Shown here piece after piece: positions 27,334-34,883 of a stretch of 61,591 nucleotides of DNA. A program made the translations under genes and the position numbers. Positions within the stretch are counted from its first letter, which is position 1. Every line of letters begins with the position of its first letter. Where the stretch lies: assembly GCA_035996525.1 (NCBI GenBank), contig DASYJK010000100.1, positions 1 through 61,591 on the forward strand. The letters run 5' to 3'. Below the pieces are notes generated by a model. It did not search any database. It saw only the letters and a list, made by a program, of their open reading frames with translations, and was not told the origin of the DNA. Origin of the DNA: Solirubrobacterales bacterium. GTDB lineage: Bacteria; Actinomycetota; Thermoleophilia; Solirubrobacterales; 70-9.

Positions 27334-28881
27334 TCAAGGATGCCCGTCAGGCAGCCCTGCCTCTCGCAGGCGCCGGGCTGCCCGTACGAAGCCGTCTTGC
27401 AGCTCGGTCAGCTGCTGGGGAGGACGCGCTTTCGCAGCGGGATCGCCAAAGCGCGCGGTTGCCCAGTCCGACCGCCATTTCGCCATTCGCGCTCCAAGGT
27501 GGCTGTGGTCTGCCGTCTCGGCGCGCGGCTCGGCCAGGACCTGCCCGAGGTGGTTTGCCTGGCTCACCCGTTTCCCCATATCCGGAATTTGGTCATTCTC
27601 GTCAAGGCAGTGGCGAAGCAGGATCGTCTTGATGATCGAGGTGTGGTCGAAGAGGATCCGCTCACCGGCCGCGTCACGGGCCGTCGATCGAGGTGGCACG
27701 AACGGAGAGACGATCAGCGCCGGCACGCGCACGCCGTAGCGGTTGAACTTGGGGTCGTCGTCCGGGGAGGGCGGCGGCGAAACGTGGTCGAAGAAGCCGC
27801 CGTGCTCGTCGTAGGTGATGAGAAAGAGGGTCTTCGGCCATGCCTTGCTGCGGCGCAGGGCGTGGTAGATCGTGAGGACCAGATCCTGCCCGGCGGTTAC
27901 GTCCTCGGGAGGATGGTCGTCGTTGGAGTTGGGCCCCAGCATGTGGGCGTCCTTGAAGTGGGGGTCGATCCAGGAGACGGCCGGCAGGTTGTCGTGGGCC
28001 GCGTCATCAAGGAAGGACGGCCCCTCCTCGAGAAAGCCACCGACGACCCGCTCTTTGACACTGAGCTTTCGCTTGTCGAAATACGAGAATCGATCGTGGT
28101 GGGACAGCCGATACTCCGGGTCGATCATCCGCAGACTTGCGGGGTCGGTCGAATACCACCGCCAGTCGACTCCGGTCTGATCTAGGAAGCGAGGGAAGCT
28201 CGGTAAGTCGTAGAGGGGCGGACTGAGATCGTCGTGGGAGCCTTCGGCCCGCCCGGCCACCGCATAGAGGCGATTGGGCCAAGTTGCTCCTGGGACCGAG
28301 CTGAACCAGTGATCGCAGACCATAAAGTGCTCCGCCAGGAAGTCGTAGACCGGCAGATCCTCGGCGTCGTAGTAGCCCATCACGAGTCCGGGGTCCGGCA
28401 TCGGCCCGCCTTCCTTGGCTACGTAGTGCGCGGCATGCTTGGCGAAGTTGGCGGCGAAGCCGGTGTTTTCATTGGCCAGCTGCTCGCGCACATCGGAGCC
28501 GCTGTGGCCGGGATCCTCTGCCTCGGTCGCGAGCTTGGTGCGATCGAGGTGATGTGAGGCATAGGTGCTGCCTTCGTAGGTGTTGACCTGGCGCGGGTCG
28601 GCTGGGAGTCCCTCGATATCGCTGCGCCCGCCCTCCTGCGAGAGATACCCGAGCATGTGATCGAAGGAGCGGTTCTCAAGCATCAGCACGACGATGTGCT
28701 CCACCTGACCGAGGCGCTCGATCGCCTCGTCCCTCTCGATCTTGACCTTCCCGGTGGGCGTGGCCGGAACGGGAGCATTGAGAAGGTCGATGTCACCGCG
28801 GAACTTTGCGGGAAGCAATGGCTTCAGCAAGCGCAGGAGCCAGCCGACGCCCCCGGTCCCGGAGTCAGGGTTACTGCTCAT
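27334..28881 (-). CDS. Phosphoesterase-family protein (non-haemolytic phospholipase-C-like), no signal peptide seen
   Basis: HIVVLMLENRSFDHMLGYL, NRLYAVAG, ITYDEHGGFFDHV, GVRVPALIVSPF; ATG 28881 preferred over 28968. Confidence 0.8.
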   Translation of the reverse strand: MSSNPDSGTGGVGWLLRLLKPLLPAKFRGDIDLLNAPVPATPTGKVKIERDEAIERLGQVEHIVVLMLENRSFDHMLGYLSQEGGRSDIEGLPADPRQVNTYEGSTYASHHLDRTKLATEAEDPGHSGSDVREQLANENTGFAANFAKHAAHYVAKEGGPMPDPGLVMGYYDAEDLPVYDFLAEHFMVCDHWFSSVPGATWPNRLYAVAGRAEGSHDDLSPPLYDLPSFPRFLDQTGVDWRWYSTDPASLRMIDPEYRLSHHDRFSYFDKRKLSVKERVVGGFLEEGPSFLDDAAHDNLPAVSWIDPHFKDAHMLGPNSNDDHPPEDVTAGQDLVLTIYHALRRSKAWPKTLFLITYDEHGGFFDHVSPPPSPDDDPKFNRYGVRVPALIVSPFVPPRSTARDAAGERILFDHTSIIKTILLRHCLDENDQIPDMGKRVSQANHLGQVLAEPRAETADHSHLGARMAKWRSDWATARFGDPAAKARPPQQLTELQDGFVRAARRLREAGLPDGHP

Positions 28882-29019
28882 TTGCCCGAACCTGCCCGGA
28901 TGCGAAGCACCGGCCGATCCTAGGTTGGATCGCAAGCAACCGCAACCTAAACGCCTGAGTGACTTCATCTGCCATCGGTCGGGTTGTTAGTGTGAAACCG
29001 TCGAGGCGAGGAGATGGCA

Positions 29020-30717
29020 ATGAGCGCACAACTTCGGTTTTCGGTCCATCGCGGTGACGGCGCCGCGCTGCTCGCTTTCGACGTAGACGGGAGCCTGGCT
29101 CCTGAACTTGCCGGCTTTGCGGTCGAGTGCGAACCGCCGGGCGCGGCCGCCTACCCGATCCTCAACCGCCTCAGCTTCGGCCACGCGGTTACGGCAGATA
29201 CGACTCCTAGCGAACGCCGCTGGACTCCCACCACCGAAGCACCAATCCAGAAATTTCACTGGATTCACTATCCGAAAGACGTCCCCGCAGGAACCTTCAC
29301 CTACAGGGCAACGGCGATGCTCTTTGCGGCCGGGAGCGAGAGCGAGCTCGTGGCGGGCCCAACCGCAGAGTTCTCCCTTGAGCTCCGTGACGGAGGTTAC
29401 GGCGACTTCAAGCTCGGATTCACCCGCGGCTACATCTCCTCGCAGGCTTACGCCGAGCGCTTCGAGAACGCCGCGATCGAGCCGGACTCGCCGACGATCG
29501 GTTTCGACACCGCTCCCTACGAGGACCAGTATCGCTGGCTGGGTGCCCATGCACGCAAGCTGCTTTTCGAATTGATCGATGAGACGGTCGCTGACCCACA
29601 ACTCAGCCTCGACGTCTTCGCCTACGACTTCGATGAGCCCGATGTGATTACCAAGCTCGCGGAACTTGGTCCACGCTTGCGCCTGTATCTCGACAACTCG
29701 TCAAGCCATGTCGCCGGCAAAGGCTCCTCCCGCCAGCCGCGAGAGGTAGAAGCGCTAGAGAAGATCACGGCCTCAGCGGGCGCCGACAACGTGAAGGTCG
29801 GCCATTTCTCTCGGTATGCCCACGACAAGATCTTGATCCAGAAGCGGGGGGAAGATGCGATCAAGGTCCTCAGCGGCTCTGCCAACTTCTCCGTGAGGGG
29901 TCTCTATGTTCAATCGAACAACGTCTTCGTCTTCGACGATCCGACTGTCGCAGCGCTCTACGAGCAGGCGTTCACTCAAGCCTGGACGGATGCCAGTGGC
30001 TTCGGCAAGAGCTCGATCGCCGCTCAATGGTTCCCCGAACCGCATGGCACGAAGCCAAAACTGCCGGACTTCCAGGTCAGCTTTGCTCCCCATAGCGACC
30101 CGGAAGTCTCCCTGCGCCCGGTCGCGGACGCGATCAAAGAGGCGAAAAGCTCGGTTCTCTTTTCGATTATGGAGATCGGCACCGGCAGCGGAGCCGTTCT
30201 CGACGCCGTTCGGGCATTGCCAGATCGTTCTGAGATCTACGCGTTCGGCACGACCCAGCGTCTCGACGGTTCGCTGAAAGTTACTTCGCCGGGAACGAGC
30301 AGCCCTGTCTTCATTCCGTTCGAGTATCTGCACTCAAAGGTTCCAAAGCCCTTCCGCGTAGAGATCAGTGGTGGGTCAGGGCAAGTGATCCATCACAAGT
30401 TCGTCGTGGTCGATTTCACCGGCCCCGATGCGGTGGTATTCGCCGGATCATCGAATCTCGCCGCGGGCGGGGAGCACGAGAACGGAGACAACTTGCTCGC
30501 CTTCCGCGGTCCGGCAGTTGCTTCCACCTACGCAGTCGAGGCGATCCGACTTGTCGACCACTATCGGTTTCGGGAGGCCATGCTCGAAGCCACCGAAGAC
30601 GCCCCGTTGCAACTCGCGACCAGGAGCGCCAATTGGACGGCTCCCTACTTCGACACTTCTACGCCGAAGTATCGAGAGCGGATGCTCTTTGCGCCAGCGA
30701 GGCCGGAGACGCCCTAA
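29020..30717 (+). CDS. Phospholipase-D-superfamily protein with two HKD motifs and N-terminal beta-sandwich-like domain
   Basis: HDKILIQKRGEDAIKVLSGSANFS and HHKFVVVDFTGPDAVVFAGSSNLAAGGEHENGDN (HxK..D...GS.N twice); GAGGAG 6 nt before ATG 29020 (alt ATG 29014). Confidence 0.85.
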   Translation: MSAQLRFSVHRGDGAALLAFDVDGSLAPELAGFAVECEPPGAAAYPILNRLSFGHAVTADTTPSERRWTPTTEAPIQKFHWIHYPKDVPAGTFTYRATAMLFAAGSESELVAGPTAEFSLELRDGGYGDFKLGFTRGYISSQAYAERFENAAIEPDSPTIGFDTAPYEDQYRWLGAHARKLLFELIDETVADPQLSLDVFAYDFDEPDVITKLAELGPRLRLYLDNSSSHVAGKGSSRQPREVEALEKITASAGADNVKVGHFSRYAHDKILIQKRGEDAIKVLSGSANFSVRGLYVQSNNVFVFDDPTVAALYEQAFTQAWTDASGFGKSSIAAQWFPEPHGTKPKLPDFQVSFAPHSDPEVSLRPVADAIKEAKSSVLFSIMEIGTGSGAVLDAVRALPDRSEIYAFGTTQRLDGSLKVTSPGTSSPVFIPFEYLHSKVPKPFRVEISGGSGQVIHHKFVVVDFTGPDAVVFAGSSNLAAGGEHENGDNLLAFRGPAVASTYAVEAIRLVDHYRFREAMLEATEDAPLQLATRSANWTAPYFDTSTPKYRERMLFAPARPETP

Positions 30718-30796
30718 GCGGGACCGTCAACGGCGCGGACCGATACTCGGTCTCCCCTCTTCGCTCTGTGCGCGAGGATGGCACACCCAGGTAGTT

Positions 30797-31702
30797 CTAA
30801 CTGAGCCTCCTCTTCACACTCGTCGGGGATTCGCCGACGAGCTCTTTGAACAGCTCGGTTGCGTCGGTCCAGCCATCTACGGCCTGCTGCCTCGTGCTAA
30901 GTCCGGTGTTCATCAGGACGTTTCGGAGGGTCCGGTGTCTCCTCCTCTCATCCTTGCTCCAGATATTGTCGATCCGCTTCGACAGTAGTAACTTTTCATC
31001 GGCAATCAGGTACGCATCGACGGCTTCTCGGGCGAATTTCTCCAGGTCGAGGTTTCCGACAAGAATTGTGTCCATCTGTTCGATCAACCGATGAGATCCA
31101 CGAATCATGGTCGTGGTCTCCTTGAATCGAGGAGCGCTGCCTTCATCAAAGCGAGCGAGAAAGGCCTCTACGTCGAGTCCGGCGTATTCCGACCGGACCC
31201 TTTCCTTGTTCGCTATTAGCGTGTCGCGTGCTGCGACGGTCGGCTTTCCGGTCGAGGTGCGGTGCAAAAGCCGATGGCGCCACTTACGAGCAACTTGGGC
31301 CAGTGCCCATGGCGCATTGTTGTTGACTCCGCAGAGGTCGGCCAGAGCCTCGAAGCGCTTGGTCGAATCGGACTGTCTTGCGAGGATTTTCGCCGTAGCC
31401 TGATCTTGGAGAAGCGTCGGTTTCGACGTGATGTCAGAGACGTAGGCATCGAGTCCGTCGATCAAGAGTGCCAGCGCGGCGAGTGACGCGAAACCGCTGC
31501 TCCGGTCCGCCGATCGCCTCGGATCTCTCGGGTCCCAGCTCGTCCACGAAGGACTAGACGCGTCCGCCCGGCCCTGACGAACGGCGTCGAGGCCCACCTC
31601 GATGGTGATCAGGAATTGGTTGGCCTGGCCGAGGTTCTCTTTGAAATTACGTCGGGCCGGAGATATCTCAAGGTTGATGAACTCCATCAAACCGCCCGAC
31701 AC
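30797..31702 (-). CDS. Hypothetical all-helical protein with an Rx4H (HEPN-like) motif
   Basis: Lower-GC ORF, no recognised family; central WRHRLLHR fits R-x4-H; alternative start ATG 31687 (MEFINLE...). Confidence 0.5.
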   Translation of the reverse strand: MSGGLMEFINLEISPARRNFKENLGQANQFLITIEVGLDAVRQGRADASSPSWTSWDPRDPRRSADRSSGFASLAALALLIDGLDAYVSDITSKPTLLQDQATAKILARQSDSTKRFEALADLCGVNNNAPWALAQVARKWRHRLLHRTSTGKPTVAARDTLIANKERVRSEYAGLDVEAFLARFDEGSAPRFKETTTMIRGSHRLIEQMDTILVGNLDLEKFAREAVDAYLIADEKLLLSKRIDNIWSKDERRRHRTLRNVLMNTGLSTRQQAVDGWTDATELFKELVGESPTSVKRRLS

Positions 31703-31915
31703 GACTCGAACGTGTATTTCCGGCTTTTAGGGGCCTCGTTGGAGGCAGCTGAAGGCCGGCGTCTATCCAATTGACCACAGGCGGAACGTCCGCAGTATCG
31801 ATTATCTGCCCGGATCGCGCGGCTCTCGGATATCGCGACGACCTACCGCTTCCAGTGCCTGACCGAAGGCGCCTATTAGGCGAATCTCGCCATCTGCCCA
31901 CAAAGCGTTCTTGCC

Positions 31916-32341
31916 TCAATCGGCTTTCCGCCCGCGGCGAGCCCGTTCGGACTCGGGGACCGAGCGCCTGATCGCGTGCCAGATGAACGCCCAGTCCTCG
32001 GGGTCCTCGGGTTGCTTGCCGCGGAAGTTGATCTGGGCGAGCATCGCGCGGTCGCGGGCGCCGAGGCCCTCTCGATCTGCGAAGGTGATCAGGGCGGGGG
32101 GTAGTTCGCTCGGATCGTCGACTAGGACCGATTTGCCCATCAGCGCCGACATCGAGGTGCCGAGCGCCCGCGAGATCTTGTAGAGGGTCTCGGCCGACGG
32201 GCGCGCTTCGACGTCGCCTTTCTCGAGCTTCCAGAGGTATCCCTTGCTGACGCCCGCATCCTCGGCCAACCGGCCGAGAGAGCGGCCGCTCTCCACACGA
32301 TGACGTCTGATCTCCCTGCCGATGTTCTGCGCCTCAGCCAT
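31916..32341 (-). CDS. XRE-family HTH regulator (CapH-like / ImmR-like)
   Basis: IRRHRVESGRSLGRLAEDAGVSKGYLWKLEKGD...PSAETLYKISRALG; start ATG 32341 overlaps the stop of the upstream peptidase gene by 8 nt (alt GTG 32350). Confidence 0.75.
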   Translation of the reverse strand: MAEAQNIGREIRRHRVESGRSLGRLAEDAGVSKGYLWKLEKGDVEARPSAETLYKISRALGTSMSALMGKSVLVDDPSELPPALITFADREGLGARDRAMLAQINFRGKQPEDPEDWAFIWHAIRRSVPESERARRGRKAD

Positions 32342-33209
32342 CGGCCTCACCGACCCTGCGGAAGATCGCGATCACCCGTCGGCCCAGCTCACCGCCCCGG
32401 CTGTATCCGAACACCCTCGCACTGACCTCGACCGTGCCCTCGCTCATAAGACCGAACTCCTCCAACCCTGCCTTCTCTCTGACCATCTCGCCGTCCAACG
32501 CTCGCACCAGCACGCCATCCTCCAGCGCTGATTTGTTCTTCGGGATGAACGGCCATGCTCCGGGGGGATAGGGCCATGCCGATACGACTCTGAGCTTCGC
32601 GACCGCCTCCGGATCGTCCCGCTCGTCTCGACGTAGGCCTGGCTCAAGGATTACCACAAGCGTCGGCTCGGGCCAGAAGTGGGCGAAGCGGTAGGCCGTC
32701 GCCTCGCGGCTCGCCTCGTATCGGTCCGACAGGTCCACGACCGAGGCGATCGAGAAATCCGACTCGAGGGTTGCCGGCCCGAAGTGATCGCGTGGTAGAA
32801 GCAACTCGGATGCGGCGACGTCGGCGAGCGTCTCGCGGTCGGCGCCCGGCCGCCTCACCGGGCTCGGCGCCGCGCAGCGAAAGAGCGTCAGCTCCCGGTA
32901 GCCCGGCTGGAAGGTGTGGCCGACCTCGTGGAAGCCGGTGAACCGTCGCCGCCGCGGCGAGTCCTCGGCGCGCAGGCGCATCTCCAGGTTCCGCGGACCG
33001 GGCGCCAGGGAGCCTGCCTGCTCCATCGCCACCACCTGGATGTCGGCGATGTCGCGGAAGGAGGCGACGACCTCCAGCGGGATCGGCGGCTCGACCCCGA
33101 GCTCGGCGACCAGTCGGGCCGCGATGTCGGCGACCCGCTCGGCGTCAGTCTTACGTGGCGAGCGCCTGCGCTCTTCCTCGAGCAGCGAGAGAGGGGTCGG
33201 AGAGGACAT
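32334..33209 (-). CDS. ImmA/IrrE-family zinc metallopeptidase (CapP-like / ImmA-like)
   Basis: FTGFHEVGHTF (HExxH) followed by ...ASELLLPRDHF and AYRF, the COG2856 pattern; start ATG 33209 (alt TTG 33242). Confidence 0.75.
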   Translation of the reverse strand: MSSPTPLSLLEEERRRSPRKTDAERVADIAARLVAELGVEPPIPLEVVASFRDIADIQVVAMEQAGSLAPGPRNLEMRLRAEDSPRRRRFTGFHEVGHTFQPGYRELTLFRCAAPSPVRRPGADRETLADVAASELLLPRDHFGPATLESDFSIASVVDLSDRYEASREATAYRFAHFWPEPTLVVILEPGLRRDERDDPEAVAKLRVVSAWPYPPGAWPFIPKNKSALEDGVLVRALDGEMVREKAGLEEFGLMSEGTVEVSARVFGYSRGGELGRRVIAIFRRVGEADG

Positions 33210-33268
33210 CGTTCTTGACCGAGAATCTACCCGTTCTCGCAAGACACATTTTCTGCTACGGTCGATTC

Positions 33269-33284
33269 GTTCTCTCTAGAGAAC
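33269..33284. promoter_or_regulatory. Inverted repeat GTTCTC-N4-GAGAAC in the divergent promoter (candidate repressor operator)
   Basis: Perfect 6-bp arms 35 nt upstream of the nucleotidyltransferase ATG; related half-sites GTTCT at 33211 and 33233 and AGAAT at 33222. Confidence 0.4.
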
Positions 33285-33318
33285 ACTACCGTGAACGATC
33301 AAGAAAGCGAGGCGGCAG

Positions 33319-34413
33319 ATGCCGACCACCCAAGACCCACCGAACCGAAGCTACACCGCACCTGCAAATGCCGCCTTGGCGGAGATCCTCAAAGAGATCT
33401 CCGTGCCGATGGCGGTGCTCGAAGAGGCTCGCCGCCGCCGCGACCGCGTGCTGGTGATCGCCGAGACCCATGATGCCGCCCGAGACGGTGCTGGCTTCGC
33501 CTCCGGGAGCGTCGCCCACGGCACTACCAACCGCCCACTCGAGGATGCCGACTGCGGAGTCAAGGTGAACCGTCGCTACGAGGAGTTCCGTGCCTTCGGG
33601 CCCGACTCGTCGACCGACCGCGGACCTGAGGCCTTCATCGCGCTCTTCTCGCAGTTCGTCCTGCCGCGGCTGCGCAAGCGCCATCCCCGCGCCGAGGTCG
33701 ACCTCGGCGGCAACCGCGCGATCAAGTTCATGTTCAACGAGCCTGTCGAGATCGACGAGTGGGGTCCGGTCGACCCCTACGTCGAGCTCATCGTCGGCCT
33801 CGACCGTGTCGACCAGCCCGGCATCTGGATCCCCAATCGTCGCCAGCGCAGCTGGGATCCCGCCGACCCCGAGTACCACACCCTGCTGATGACCGCGCGC
33901 CACCCCCAGGATCTGCGCACCCTCCGTGCACACGTGCTGCGGCTGGTCAAGCGCGCGGTGAAGCGCGACGCGGCCGAAGGCGGCGTCGCGGTGATCTGCA
34001 GCTGGAACTTGAGCGCGCTCGCCCTCGAGCTGATCACCGAGACCGGGCCGCTGGCCCAAACCATGTACGGGTTCCTTCGCGGCGCCTCGGCGGGCATCGC
34101 CGCCAGCCTCACCGAGGACCCCGCGCCCGCCGTCGTCGAGCCGATCAAGCTGCCCGAGGGGGTCACCCGTGCCCAGGCGGCGGCGCGCCTCGCCGAGATG
34201 GCGGAGAGCGTCGGCGCCGCCCTCGGTGCTCGCTCCAAGGAGGGCGCCCGTGCCCATCTAGACACCCTCTTTGGCCCCGAGATCGAAGGAATCTTGGCGC
34301 GCGAGCGGCGTGGCCTCGCCGCGGGTCTCGTAGGTGGCGAGGGGGCTGCCGCGGTCGGCGCTGGCCTCCTTGGCGGCCGGATGCCGAAGCCGACGCGCTC
34401 GGGCGGAGCATGA
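33319..34413 (+). CDS. Pol-beta-fold nucleotidyltransferase, CD-NTase/SMODS-like (candidate signal synthase)
   Basis: GSVAHGTTNRPLEDADCGV (GS..GT...[DE]xD), VELIVGLD...GIWIPNRRQRSWDPADPEYH, VLRLVKRAVKR...SWNLSALALEL follow the CD-NTase order; Gly-rich tail ending TRSGGA. Confidence 0.6.
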   Translation: MPTTQDPPNRSYTAPANAALAEILKEISVPMAVLEEARRRRDRVLVIAETHDAARDGAGFASGSVAHGTTNRPLEDADCGVKVNRRYEEFRAFGPDSSTDRGPEAFIALFSQFVLPRLRKRHPRAEVDLGGNRAIKFMFNEPVEIDEWGPVDPYVELIVGLDRVDQPGIWIPNRRQRSWDPADPEYHTLLMTARHPQDLRTLRAHVLRLVKRAVKRDAAEGGVAVICSWNLSALALELITETGPLAQTMYGFLRGASAGIAASLTEDPAPAVVEPIKLPEGVTRAQAAARLAEMAESVGAALGARSKEGARAHLDTLFGPEIEGILARERRGLAAGLVGGEGAAAVGAGLLGGRMPKPTRSGGA

Positions 34414-34883
34414 GCGAGCTCGCCCTGCGCGACCACGAGCGGGCCGGCGACCTCGTCACCGATGTCGCCGGCCAGTACCTGCTCGAGGCCGACGCTCGTC
34501 GCGACGGCATCGCCTTCGAGCGCGAGTTCACCGCCGGCGCCCTGGTCTACCGATTCGCCGTCGGTGTCCCTGCCTCCACCGAAGAGCGGAACGTCAGTGT
34601 CGGGTTCCACCCGGGCCAGGAGCAGCCGGCCGTCCATGCCGACGGGCCGCCGTGCCTTCGCCACCGCTGGTCGGACGAGTCGCTATGCATGTGGGATCCT
34701 GACGGGCCTCGCAGCGAGCGCTGGGTCACCGGCGACGGCCTCGCGAGCCTCGCCGCCCAAGTCCAGGTCCATCTCTTCTGCGAGTCGCAGTGTCGGGCTG
34801 GTGGGCTTTGGCCGAAGGCCGAGATGGCCGGGAAGCACCCGCGAAAAAGGGCCTGCCCAAGCTGCGGCGGCCGCGGCCGGTGA
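34410..34883 (+). CDS. E2 (ubiquitin-conjugating)-like small protein
   Basis: ATG overlaps NTase stop (ATGA). FHPGQEQPAVHADGPPCLRHRWSDESLCMWDPDGPRSERW resembles HPN-x(n)-C...W of UBC folds; C-terminal CPSCGG. Confidence 0.5.
   Translation: MSELALRDHERAGDLVTDVAGQYLLEADARRDGIAFEREFTAGALVYRFAVGVPASTEERNVSVGFHPGQEQPAVHADGPPCLRHRWSDESLCMWDPDGPRSERWVTGDGLASLAAQVQVHLFCESQCRAGGLWPKAEMAGKHPRKRACPSCGGRGR

Noticed and set aside
28915-28932. The dyad CGATCC-N6-GGATCG as an annotated operator feature
   Set aside because: Its arms are only 6 bp in GC-rich DNA, and I could name no cognate regulator. It is mentioned within the phosphodiesterase-pair finding only.
31916-33209. Reading the XRE + HExxH pair as a toxin-antitoxin module
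   Set aside because: ImmA/IrrE-type peptidases paired with XRE repressors are better documented as protease-repressor switches (ImmA/ImmR, CapP/CapH). I have no evidence of a toxin fold.
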